From Enoplolaimus lenunculus (lineage: Eukaryota), in NCBI GenBank assembly GCA_030248215.1, contig JASANG010001546.1, positions 1-64,000 of the forward strand: 64,000 nt of DNA, given 5' to 3'. The notes under the pieces are model-generated. The model was not told the origin of the DNA. It saw nothing but the letters and a program-made list of their open reading frames with translations, and made no database searches. This document shows, one piece after another, positions 23,405 through 37,300 of this stretch (position 1 is the stretch's first letter; every line of letters starts with the position of its first letter). Position numbers and translations under genes: made by a program.

Positions 23405-24175
23405 CCAGAAATTCCCGCCAAAATTTGAATTTCGCGTCAAATTTTGAATATTCCAACCAAACTTTTAATTTCGCGTCAAAACTTGAATTTCGCACTAAAA
23501 TTTGAATTTCCCGCCAAAATTTGAATTTTCCCGCCTAAATTTGAATTTTCACACCGAAATTTGAATTTCGCGTCAAATTTTGAATTTTCCCGCCAAAACG
23601 TGAGTTTCGCACCAAAATTTGAATTTCCCGCCAAAATTTGAATTTGCTCGCCAAAATTTGAATGTTCTGCCAAAACTTGAAGTTCCTGCCAAAATTTCAA
23701 TTTGCCGCCAAAATTTGAATTTGCCGCCAAATTTTGAATATTCCCACCAAAATTTGAGTTTCGCACCAAAATTTGAATGTTCCCGCCAAAATTTGAATTT
23801 CCACGGCAAAATTTGAAATTTACCGTCAAAATTTGAATGTCCCGCCAAAATTTGAATTTCCCGCCAAAATTTAAATTTTGCAGCCTAATCTGAATTTGCG
23901 GCCAAAATTTGAATTTTCCCACCAAAACTTGAAGTTCCTGCCAAAATTTGAATTTTTCCGCCAAAATTTGAGTTTTTACGCCAAAATTTGAATTTCCCGC
24001 CAAAATTTGAATTTGCCGCCAAATTTGATTTTTTCCGCCAAAATTCGAGTTTCACGCCAAAATTTGAATTTGCCGTCAAAATGTGAATTTTCCCGCCAAA
24101 ATTTGATTTTCCCACCAAAATCAGAATTTACCGCCAAAATTTGAATTTCACGTCTAAATTTGAATTTACCCGCTA
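23405..24175. repeat. Degenerate about 19-20-bp minisatellite (CCGCCAAAATTTGAATTTC) between SLC35B3 and the SARA-like gene
   Basis: Roughly 40 imperfect units; source of the NSNFGG / KFKFW ORFs. Confidence 0.92.
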
Positions 24176-25337
24176 AAGGTGTCCCTAATGTATCTATCAT
24201 GTAATATGTTGTCCACTACACTGTTTTTCAAACGTTTCAATTTCCTAGACTGTCAGTGCAAAACAGTCTTTTCCGAATAGAGTTTCCCTGAAGCTGTATG
24301 ATGTCCGCTAATGGCGGCGATACTATTTTAAAATGAAGGGTTTCGATAAAACATAAGTCGGACAAGCCATTGAATTTCTTTCGGGAGGGAACATTTTGTG
24401 TGCTGAGTGCATGTATGGTGACGTGTGAGTGACATAATTTCAAACATCTGTCGTACAACATATTATTTGATTTTTAAAAGGTCAGGTTTTTTATGAGGTT
24501 TTAAGCTGACGAAAAATTAATAATAGTGCGCAAAGCATGTGCTAAACTAATATCTGTAATCAAGAATTTTCATTAGACATAAACTTTATAATCAACGAGA
24601 AAGCAGCGCGTGACGTTTAAAAAATCGCGCCAAACCGACATAATTGGCGAATTAATGTCTGCTCAGTTTGGTTAATCACTGCCAATAAAACCGACAGAAG
24701 CTGAAAGCGCTAAAACCTAAGATATCTTTGTTCAAAAAGTTGGACAAATATATTGTTTAATGCGCCAACTTTTGCTTTTCGACGAAACTATTTATTCCGT
24801 TTTATGATGAGTCGATTGTAACTTTACATATTTTGTTGTTATAACTGAATCTTTTATAGTACATTAGGTCTACGCTACTTAAATTTTTAAACACTTGATT
24901 TTAATTATAAAGTGAATGTATTTAAATACGTAGCTATAATGGTTATGGGTGATAAAGTAGTCAGCTCAAATCTGTGGCTTCTCAGTGATGAAGCGAATGT
25001 TTAATTGACTATTGTATTTGAGTATAATTTATTTTATGTTGTTGTACCATTGGAAGTTGCTGTAAAGGTGCAAAAAGTTTTATGTGTTTGTCAGCGTGGA
25101 AATCTACAGAAGTAAAGCATTCGATAATGGATTACCAGCTTAAAAATAGCTACGGTTATGTTAAATTTCGTTTCTTGTCCGCTGGCTGATGTCTGTGTGC
25201 GAAGGTATATATTACAGTGATACATATTTTCATGAATACCATTTTAAGCAATAATTGATGTACATATAAAGTATATGGGAAACATTTTGTTGATTCTGTA
25301 CGTGTGATAACCTGACATGATATTCGTCTAAACAACT

Positions 25338-28300
25338 ATGGATCTGATCGATATTGACAGCATTCTTGATGAGTTGGAGGCGTCAGAAAGCGGTAAATGT
25401 TTAAGTTAGTTATAAAAATGTAATTATGTAAATATATGCACTAGGCAGGTATTTGGTAGGTCCATAGTTGTATTTAAGTGCCGTACAATGGTGGGTACGC
25501 TATATTTACATATTTTATGCATACCTATGGTATACATCTACATAGCGATGAATCCAACACATGTCGTTTTGAATTTATATATTCCAGTTGCTCAATTTTT
25601 GGTTGCTGCTTAAACATCCCGTGTTTCATATACGGCATTCTATTTTCATGTTGTTTAGTTACGCAGCCAATCGCTGCGGGACAAAGCAGTGGCAAAAAAG
25701 ACAGTACATTCAAGCAAATGCAATCTCGCAAACACGAAGCCAAATGTCTTCACGAATATCCGAATTTAATGGATTCTAGTTTGGAAGTATTTCCATCTGC
25801 TGGTTGTTCGTCAACTTCTCCCGAGCGTCCATCGCAATTACCAGATGTTGTTATGCGACCACACGCGCCGGCGTCTAACCAAGATAACCCTGACCCGTCA
25901 AGGACTGTAGTTCGTACACCTGATATAGTGGAGGAGCCGCATTTGATTAATTTGAAAAGTGGAATTGTTACTGAAGACGAAGGATTTGAGAGAACCGATC
26001 GAGAGGGGGCATCGTTTGACCCGCTGTCCACTGAAAAAGAAAGCAAGTTGACCGGATATAAAAATTTAACGCTGTTAAGTGAATTGGGATCCGCTGACAA
26101 TAGGCCGTCTTTCGGGATCTTTCCGGAACTGTCGAGTTTGCCAACTAGCCAAGTGCAGGATACAACAAGGGTGTCGCAGCTGCGACCAGATTTTGAAGCT
26201 AATGTTGCAGTAGAAGTGTCGGAGGTTGTGGAGAAAGTGCAGTCTCAGAACTCAACAGAAATCTCTCAGGTGATGGGAAATTTAACCCAATCTATCTCGC
26301 AGAGTATAGGTTGTCCCAGTGGTGTTGATCAGGAGTCAGATATTTCAGATAGCGAAATGGACAAGTATCTTGCTGATATAGCTCCTGGCTCTGCCGAAGA
26401 CAAATTTACCAACTATGATGGCAAAATAGTGAAGATGTCGAAGCCGAACGTCAGTCCACAGGACGTTACTGAAATGTTTGAAAGCAAGGCGACTGAGTGC
26501 GGTAATAATTTAGATAACTCTGCTGAACGTACGCGTATTAACAAACATTTTGAAGGTGTTAAAGTAGACGAAAATGTGTTAGAAATTGCCAGTAGGAAAG
26601 CTGCTGATGACGGAATGGGTCCAGGTATTCAAGCATCGGAACTTGATGCGAAGACCGAGTATTCTGATTCCGGCTGTGCCGTGGTAGCTAGTGCAAGCGG
26701 CACCGGGCATAGTTTACAAGATGCAAGCAACGCCAATGTTGACGGATACAAGTTAAAGGCAACAGATGTTTCAGCAAAAGAAAGTAAATTGCGCGAGGTC
26801 AGTTATTATATGAGTTTCAATGGACATTTTACAAAGTTCTGCGTGGACACATAAGTTAGAAGCAGGGTACAACCGGAATTCCGATTTCGGCATCGTTTCA
26901 CCTTCCGGTTACCGTAAATTTTTACCGAAATTAAAAATTCCGGAATCCGGTATTAAATTTTTGTCGGTGCAATTAAACGTTTTACTAAAAAATGACGAGG
27001 AAAATAAAATAGATTTCATTACTATAAGTACAAACCTGAAAGTAAACCACCGAAGATAGATTTTGTCTCCGTATTTAGTAAATATTTACCTGTTATCAAC
27101 TAAGGTTATTTCACGAATAATAAAGCAAAGAAATTAAAGTGAATTTTTCGGGGGCATGTATTTTTAACGATTCCGGTGATTTTTCGATATTTCAGTTAGT
27201 TATCTGGATTATTTCAGACATGCTTTCCAATTTGTATTTATGTTTCGAAAACAATTAGTTTTTCATACAGAAATCCGTTTTGAACACCAAAAATTCGTTT
27301 ATGGGCAAAATACGTAAAGGTTTTGAGGAGTCACCGTAGGACATGCAGTGTTGAAAAATGTGTTCTATTACATTCATCTGCGCGGGAGGTCTTGTTTAAA
27401 TATATACGAGTATACAATTGAACGCTGCATAAACTGTTCTGGCCGGAATGGCCTTGGTTTTTACCACCGTTGTAGCATGAGTTGAAAAACAGAACCCACT
27501 AATCGACCTTTTTGCGGCTGGATAATAATTCGTAAACGCGACTATAATAAGCTACGTATACAAAAAAGTGCTCGCGGTCGAATTTTTGCTAGTGAGATAA
27601 CTTGTTCCTGTTCCTGTACTGCTGGTAGGATCGTGGCTGGAGGTCTTAGATTGTTTTGTTTTCTGATTAAGTATTTTGTATGTGACTTTTTCATTTGTAT
27701 GGGACTGTTTAAATTATTATACTAGGAACAGTATTGTCCTGATGTGCCGTGTGTTGCTAGCACGGACATGGTTGACGAAAATTCAGGTCGAACACATTTG
27801 TCTGAAAGAAGTGACGGCAACGAAGGTAAACAGAAGTTCTGGAAAGTACGCTGGAAGCGTATGTCGGTATTTTAACGGAACCACATATATTATGTTTTTC
27901 TTTTTAGAGTCAGCTAAATGTGGACAAATTTAGTTAAAGCACGTTTTTTGCAAGGATCTCACAGTAGGGATGTGCCGATTATTCGGCATAAGTAATAGCA
28001 ATTTTGGCGAGTATCGGCAGCGGTACAGCAAAAAAGTTACCCATTTTTTGCAGTTACTTTTTTCATTATGCAGTGAATCTGCCATTTCACTTGTTGGCGT
28101 ATACCTTTCAATATGTCTTTTCAGGTATCTGTTATATCATTTGCGTTTGTGTTTGAAAAAATTAATTCAAATGAACTGCGATACAGCAATCTTGCTGTTG
28201 TATACACGATTGCTTTACATTACGTTCTGTGCATAGTAAAGATTAATTTGGTTTTATTACAGTTGTCATAGCAACAGAAGCGGTGGATGCAGAACGCGAA

Positions 28301-31300
28301 TATGATATATCGGACTCACCACAGGTCCATCGATCTCTCATTTTGTCAACTCATGATATTTCGGCATCTAGTGATTTAAGGTTAGGATTTGTCTCTTCGC
28401 GTTTATAATTATGTAAAGTAATGATTCTTGCTGTTTATTAAGTGTCATGTATTAAAATCGGTATCAGTATTAGATCCGCATGAGCAACATTTAAAAGTAT
28501 CGGTTTCGGCATTGGCAAAAATTTTGGTATTATCAAAGACTTTTAGTCAATATGTAACAGGGCTTGGCAAAAACAACACCATGGTTTTAGAGCAGTATGC
28601 AGTTAATTTATTTAATCAAGTAAATTTTTTTAATATTTAATGACATTGCTGTTTCATTTAGTTGATGAATTGAGTGATAATCAACATTGTTGTGGAAGTT
28701 ATTAAGTTGTGTAGCCGTTGCAAAGATCATTTTAAGTGTTCTGACCGAGAGCGAGTTACAGTTGGGCAAAGTCGCACCGGCGTGGATTCCAGACAAAGAC
28801 TCAGATCATTGTATGATTTGTGAATCGAAATTTAGTGTTATTAAACGAAGACATCATTGTCGCGCTTGTGGACGGGTAGGTACACTAGCGGTTTCGGAAC
28901 GACGCGGGATGGGTTCGACCCCATTTTTTGAGGTTGAAGAATTGTCAACGGTCCTTTTTTTGTATTTTTAATTCCCCGAGGTACAGTATAGGACGTTTGG
29001 TATTAATTTGAAACGAGTATTAAAATATTTATGTGGTCATCAGTATTATGTCGTGAAGCAAAGGAAATATGTTTTATGTATGTTTCATATAGTTTATACG
29101 TAACAAGCAAGAGCTCAAAATTTTTACAGTTCGAAAAAATTATATTATCTTATCTTCCCCTATCGACGTTTCGCTTCTCCCACCTTTTGTCTCACGGTAG
29201 GGTAAGGGCTTGCCACGCTCAGCCAGCAGCACCTATGGTAACCTCAGTTATTGCTGCTTTTATTCATTTCGTACTGTTTTTAGGTACTTTGTGGCGAATG
29301 CTCGAATAGAAAGTACAAAATTGCTTATATGGAGTTCAAGGAAGCTAAAGTATGCTCTCCGTGTCATTCTACTCTAGAAAGAAGTACGTTTTGGCTTCAC
29401 TAGAATCAAAATATATTTGGTTTTCTTAAAATAAAAATAATTACAGAACAAAACTGAGATTGATTTGTATTATTATTACTACGTACTGTTAGCGTACATT
29501 GGTAAATTATTGTTCCGTGAGCGTTTTGAATTTTTTTACCTTATGTGCGTAGTTATTATGTTTGGAAATATTCCTGATAAAGTGTAGGACTTTTGATAAT
29601 TATACTAATATTTCAGTTGACAATTACGAATCAAAATTGATGCAAGATAGTATAGAAACATCAAAGTAAGTAATGGCTTCCGATAATGCGATTCTTCGGA
29701 AGGTGGTTGATGCCAAGAGGAGCAGCCCGAGTAGTTGAAGAGCTTACAATAATTAATAATCAAGGGAAACATTTTTGTGACCAAGTATTTGTAAAGTTTG
29801 CAGGTCGCGTCATTTGTTATTAGGATTCTTTATTGATTGTGGAGCTGTATGAAGAAATATTTCTGTTTAGAGCGAACCTTATAATGTGATGGCATGTTGT
29901 CCTACGTTGCCCTTGAGCTGATTTGTGCAAAATTAGTTGTACTGTTGTTTGTAACGCAGTTTTTAATAGTATTCCTGTTTTTGTTAGCTGTTATATTGCA
30001 GCAACGTGGACGAGACGGGCTCAAGAGAAGATACGAGCACTACGGACAGTGAAAGTGGCACATGTGATCCGTCGGTTTCTGTACCGAGTTCTTGCCATAC
30101 GAGTGTACTAAAGCGAGGTACAACTTAACTATTCGCGTTATGTGGACAATTTTTGGTAATAGAATATTGTGTTAAGTAAACTGGTGGTTTCCGTTACCAT
30201 TTCGATGTATATTTGCTGTTTTCAGAGCGCAAAGCGGAACTGGATTATACCGGAATCGGAACAGCAATTTTATATTGGAATTGTAATCGGAATCGGAACT
30301 ACAAATTTTGGGACTGCACGGATAATTTGTATTCACAAATATAATGTTGATTTAGGGTGTCAGTTGGCTAGCAACAATTTTCAAAAAGATGGCATGAACA
30401 AATTGGCGATTATTTTTGGTTCTATAAAGCTAAACTACAACCAGTTATGATAAGTTAACTCATCGAAAATTTCAAAATTTCGATTCTGATTGATTGTGCA
30501 ATCGGAATCGGAACTCGTTTTAACTCGGAATTCTAATTGGAACCGGAATTCCGGATGCACCCTGGCTGTTTCGATTATGAAACCGTCATAATTCAGTTTA
30601 GTTTGGCACTGTGGGTTAAGCACAAAATAATACAGTGAAACATTGTGTTTTTGTATTGTTCTAGGTGAATCACTAAGGCGTTCCTCGCCTAAACAAGTCA
30701 CATTCAGTGACGGAATTAAACCGGGCGGAGACCTTCGTGAATCACCATCGTCCACACCGCCAGGATCCAGTTTGCCCGCTGCTCAGTTGGGATCAACGGT
30801 GGTTTCGAGCAAGGCTGCGAGCGGTACCAGTGATACTGGGAAAGCACCAGTTGCTAGCGTGTCGGGAAGTCTGGCAAAGCGCAGCAGTAAGGCCGCTTCG
30901 GCAGCTGTGAAACGTATGTTTTTGGGTATGACATTGTTAGGGAGCTATCGGATAATCGATTTCGGTTTATTACATTGTGAATACCGATCTCCATATTCCG
31001 GTTGCTTTTCGGTTTGTAGTTGTGATTGTTGTGGCTAGCTGTTAATGTCGTTCAAAGTTTACTAAGTTTTTTGTATATAGACGAAATTCAGAATAGTTAC
31101 TTGAGTTGAGTGTAAATGTTAAACCAATGGTAATGGATTTATTTTGTAGTTTTATGTTTTGTATTACGGATTGTTTTTACAAACTGAAGTTTCATAGCCT
31201 TTGAAGGAGGCACTGGAAAGTTTTAGTTATTGTGATATTAATTGCTTGCTAATAATAATTTTAATTGTAACAGAACAGTATGCGACTTACGCGCTATTGC

Positions 31301-34300
31301 ATATTTTAAAATGTACCAGCGCGCGTTGTGTTTTTGCAATGACACCCTTCCTTTAGGTGGTCTGCTTCAGTTTTAAATGTACGCTGTTTCTTGCTTTTAA
31401 AAATATAAACGGGGTAAGTATGAAGATATGGTATCACAACGTCTTTTGTACTGTTTACTGGAAATTTTGACCTTCACCAAAATGAGGGGTTGGGTCTAAA
31501 ACGCAAAGCGTGCCGAGTGCATTCTTTGCTACGCAAAATGTACATAGTTAGTGGCATATATTCTTTAAGTATGCACTATCGACTCTTGGTGTTTTGTTCA
31601 ATTTGAGGTGCTGCACGAGAAATGCGATCTCTGGTTCCAGAAACAGCGGAAGATCCGTTTTATGTTATTAGTTGGGAAGCTTCGGCTGATCGTAAGTTTA
31701 AAAGGTTTCTTTAGGATGGAATATTAATGACAAGGTATCAGCAGTCTAAACTCAAAAGCTTAATATCGGCAGCCGCTGTTTTTAATTCTTTTGAAGGACT
31801 TTAATTAATTAAAATTGATGAAAAGTTATCGTTTTACCGTTTTAACCAAGTAAAGTAATCCCACTTGCTTGGGAAGAATTTCAGCGTTCATTGTCAGTAC
31901 AGGTAGGATCTGTCAGGATAGCCGAACATTAACTGAGCTAGCACCTGAAAAAGGAAGTGCGGTGTGGTTTCGCAGCCACTGCTTACGGTTCCTTAAGCGA
32001 ATGCTCTACCGTTACACAATGCCTTCAGTAGTTATAAATTTATAAGTTCGTAGTTTGTTTTATTGATTTCAGCTAGTTTACCGGTGGCTGTACCGCAGAG
32101 TGTCGTGTATGAACGTCTTACTGGTAAGGGTTAGAAATCAAAGACACAGAGTCGGTATTTGTGGTAAACTAACCCCCTAGGAGGGTAGGCGGTCACGAAT
32201 CGAAGTGACGACACAAACAAGCATTAGACCATACTTCAATGCTGGCACGCCTTTTTTGCAAAAGTGAAGTGGAAACAGCTATCCTGTAACCTTTATAGAG
32301 TCTTTAGTTTGTTAGAAGATAATACCTTATGATAGTTTAATAATTGTTGCTAGTTAACATTTTAGTGTTAAGTCTTGTGTCTACATGCAATTCTTGCGCT
32401 TATTTGGTTGGTGTTGTTTTGCGTTAATAGTTTGTACTTTGTAGTGTAGTTTATGGTATCACTGAATACCGCTTTTGTTTCTTTAGTTGCAAACCGTTTT
32501 TATTTCAGGACCATCTTGTCCAACTGTAACGCTGTTTGTGAAACTAAATCTCAAACTTTCTGTGAAGATTGTAAATTGTACGTTGTTTTGTCAACTAATT
32601 TTTAATTCCGTTTATTGGGAAATGTTCTAAATTGAGTTTTTGGGTTCCGAGTGGCAGAGAGCGGAGTTATCAAACATAGCGAAGCAATTTTGATTGTTTA
32701 AAAGTAACATACAATGGCTTTTAGAGTGGATTTTTCTTAAGTTTGCAAGTTGGTGGTTTCCAGAAAAACGTGTGACATCCATTTCCGCTATTTTTTGATA
32801 CTCTTCTAAAGGAAATTTTCCGTGTTAACACGGCTACTTTTAGTCGGCAAATCTTAGTTTAATTCAAAGCCACTTCTGCCTTAATCATCAAACTATGTTA
32901 CCATTATTGTTTGAATTTATGAATTTACAGTGAGTTGTTGCATGGGTGTAACGGCATGGTCATTTTCATCAAATGGTCTTACTTGCGTTAGTCAAGATGA
33001 AATTGCAATTGTACTCGAGAAGCGTAGCGACGAAACAGAGTTTCCCATGGATATTTTGACGCATTATGCAGCGTTGTACGAATGTGACGTCAGAGGTAAG
33101 AAAGAACCGACTTGTCTGCTTGTAACAGAAGATAGTGACTGCGTTTGGCTAAGTGGTTTTTCTCACGCTTGTTAAGTTTTCTCATCGGTTGATGGTCGGC
33201 ATTTACTTTGAGCCATTTTGTGAGTGTTCAGTATGCTACAAGACAATCCTGTATCAATAGAGAGCATATAAAAATGCCATGGTTTATGCGTAGATTTTGT
33301 ACCCAGAACAGTATGGCAGAACCCTTTAATATTGTTTATTTTGGTTTCAGATCGGCCTGTGGGCAATTTTAGCTTTAGTTGCTTTCGAACAACAACGTCA
33401 AAATGTTCGCCCGAGTCGGCAAGACGAAATTTTCTAGGTAACAGCGACAATCTTGGCTTCATTTATGTGAAACCTACGCTGCAGGTTAGTGTTACTTAAG
33501 GTTTGTTTCGTTTTGCTTACGTTGAATAAAATCGACCACGGCCCCATTTCACCGATGGTATATGAGGATACAAAATAGTCCTATCAATAGATACTTGGCA
33601 ATCACAATGAAGTGTCTTTATTTCAGTGGCTATGTTTGAAAACATTGTTTTGGATTAGTTAACCAGTGAAGGATGCGTAAACGTGTCTGTTTTCGGTGGT
33701 AAATATATTTCTTATCTTATTATGTTTTATTTGGGGCTTCCAATCAGGGATACCCCAATATATTTAGTAGGATTTGAATTAGATTTATGTATTTTTGTTT
33801 TAGTGTCCCCAAAATATTCTACTACCGCAACATCCCTATATGTTCGGTGTGTTGTTTCAATGTTGGGAATATCCGTGGGTAAAAGTTTTGCCCTTACGTT
33901 TGCTACTTCGTTTAGGCGCAGAGTATAAATGTAAGTTCGAGTTTTTTGTTGTTTGAAGAAATGTTTGTGTTTATTTTTAATTTGTTCATTTTGAAAATGT
34001 AATTGCATTTATTTCACCACAACTGCTGAATTAGGTTGAGTATTTTAGTACAAGGGACGACCGATCACAGTATAATGGTCCTGTATTGTCTACGCACTTA
34101 TCTATCTATTAGATGGTGTTTTAACAATGTGTTTTCCGTATCCCAAAGGTTGGTTAATGTAGTAATATTACTAATCAGTAAGGAAAACGTTTTTAAAATA
34201 TTTGAACTGTAACGGTTGCGCTATACTTTTGTTGATGTCCTGCGCCGTGCGTCATCCGTACGGCACCGCCCGTCACCCGTACAGCGCCGTCGTCACCGTG

Positions 34301-37300
34301 CGTCATCCGTACGGCGCCGCCCGTCACCCGTACAACGCCGTCGTCGCCGTGCGTCATCCGTACGGCGCTGCCCGTCAACCGTACAACGCCGTCGTCACAG
34401 TGCGGTATCGTACTCAAATAACTCGCTTACGATATCGTGTAGTGACAAACTGTGACGCACGGCGCCGCACGACAAGTATAGCGCAACCCTAACTGTTACC
34501 GGATCTGGTTTGGAAATATTACCGCAATGTGTATCAAGTGCCAATGGTAGCTGCTACGCAGATTTGAACATAATTATAGTTACTTAAATTTTAGACTATC
34601 CAACTCCGTTAGTGAGTTATCGGGATAGGCGTCCGTTGTTTGGCGAGCTTGGTCATACAATACTCAACTTATTAACGGTAAGATAAGAACTGAAGTATAC
34701 TAGTTGGAGTGTCTTCAATTCCTTGTGCGTAAAAATTACCAATTTTCACTTCGTTTTTAAATACGACCAAACTTAATGGTTAGTTGAGATTTTCGAAACA
34801 TTGACTGTCTTTCTGAAATTTTACTTAAGTATTTTACTGAAGTTATACTTAAGTGATTATTTAAGTCGCCCACGTAATAAATACTTGGCGTTTTCAGGAA
34901 AAACGGATAACGCCAAATTGGATTCATCATCTGTGTACAATTTGTATTAGACCAAGGTTAATATGTCTGAACTGTTAATCTGCAATATATAGTTTAGTTC
35001 GTGATTTAAATATATTTAAGTACGCTTTTAAAAATGACAAAATGTTAAAGTAATTATTGCTTTAGTTTTAGACAGTTTTATGTATAATTGTGCATAATAT
35101 TGTAGGATTTTCGAAATTTCGCTTATTCTATTGTTCATATCGAAGGATCGTATGCATACTTGGACGGTGATAAACCGGTAATCTCAATACCACGCGATCA
35201 GTATAAACAGGCAAGACGCTAAAATTCTGTTTATATTATCAGGATACGATTGCTAATTTAATATTTGTATTATTAGGGTCTGGTGCCACTAATAAAGAAA
35301 TTTTTTTGAAAGAAGTGGCTTTCTTTAATATTGCAAGATTGTCCGTGGCGCTACACATTAGCAGTGGCGTAATAGCGCCAGCCGTATTCGGGGCACTTTG
35401 GTTATATTTAGCGTTTAATTGTAGGTATGTCGTATGTTGGAGACAAGCAGCGAGCATGTACTAGCATTTCGTACCAGTTTCAATAATGATGTTGACAGTC
35501 ATTTGGTGTGTATCCAGTCGGATGATGGAAACTATGAAACTCGTGTGATTAGCGTTGAAAACAGCAGTGGCAATAGTAAGCGTAATGTACACTTTGTAGC
35601 TTTGTCTCGTAATATACCATATATGTGAACGTGTTTTTCTTTGAAAATTTTGGGTCTATAGCCAAAGGCGTTGTCTGGATTTCATTTCGGAAGGAGATAA
35701 TTTAGTTTAAAAAATTTTGTTGCGAGCGAGAACATTCTTTTGACCTCTGCAGCAGGGTGCAACCGGAATTCCGATTCAAAATCGATTCTGATTCCGATTC
35801 AAAACGAATTCCGATTCCGATTGCGCAATCAATCGGAATCGCAATTACAAATTATCTGTGCAGTCACAAAATTTCTAGTTCCTATTCCGATTCATGTATT
35901 ATCCTGTTCTGCTTTGCCCCCTGCTCTGCAGGTTATTATAAAGTATTAAAAAGTGCGTTTTTCGAGTGTTTCTAGAAGTTTCGGGGGATATATCCCTCGC
36001 CCTATCTTCATCTTGTATAGGCCCCTGTTTCCCTGTTTATACCATCATTACGCTGTGCGCTTTCGATAATTCACAAGGTGTTTGCGGTCATTTTAGTGAT
36101 GATGTGGTCAGTCTAACAGAGTTGAAACTGAGTTTTCTTTTTTAAATTTTGTTTTTAGAAACCGGTGGGAGTTTTGTGATATTTAACGGTTCGATGAAAG
36201 ATGAAAGTCAAGATACTCACTCCAGTATTGTGGAAGATGGTATTATGATTCAGGTACTTTTGCGTAGCACAAAGATAAAAAGCTGCTGTGTGGTTGAGCT
36301 GTCCTGTCAAGTCATGAGTTATTTGAAAAGTTCTAAAAACTATGGAATATTGTTTTCAAGTTAATACAACAACTTTTCAGTTTACAGCACAAGAAATTCC
36401 CCTCCGAAATTTTTTATGGAACATAATCCCGGTCTTTCCAAAATGGTGTCTACGTCCATGTTCAGATACACATCACACCACACCGTGTTCAAAAATTGCC
36501 TGAACAACCTAATTTATATTGTTTAGATGAAACCAGCGTGCATGGAATTGCTTCGAGCGAAACTAAAAACGCAAGAAAGTGTGAAAATTGGCGAAACTGA
36601 AAATCCAGTTGAGATCGTTTGGACCAATCACCGGTCAAAGTACAGAACTGAGTACGGTAGTTTGGTTGTTGTTTAAGGATTTTTTGGCAGAAAAATTTTA
36701 ACGGTTGGTTGCACTATGCTTGCGCCGCTTCGAGTTATGGAAGTAATCCATTGTATAGCTGTGTTTGGTGCATGCCGTTTTGCGTATAAAATCAGGTATA
36801 AATTTGTGGCACGAGGCAATGTGTGGTAGTCAAAAGTTTTGCGCTACAACATGCGGATCCAAGTGCTAGGCACCCTGGGTATAAGTCCCGTCAGCTCAAC
36901 AGAAATCAAAACTGTTTTCAGGTATAGCACTGAAGCGCAACCTTCAGTTAACTGGTTTATACTGAACGTCTTTGTTGTTCATGTGCTGGTATTTTACATT
37001 ACAAAAATTTTATTTAATTATATAATTAAGTTAAATAATGGCCTTTGAATATGGCGGTATTTAAACCGCTGCAAAGCTTTGAAATTTATTTTCGTTTCGA
37101 CTTCGTGCGCATTTTTTGTATTATTGATGATTTGTGCGGTTTACACAGATGTTTGAGTCCCATTGATAATTCCCGATTGGATGGCAAACAGAGTGTTCGT
37201 CTTTTTGGCCGAAATACCGAAACCAGCTGTGGCGATCGGATGATACGATTCAATGAAGTTTTCATTCTTGAAAACGACGAATCCCAATCATTAGCGTAAG

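Noticed and set aside
23476..24200. NSNFGG / KFKFW ORFs
   Set aside because: Minisatellite translations.
22827..24461. Short minus-strand ORFs and exon-like signals between the divergent genes
   Set aside because: No recognisable homology or consistent exon chain.
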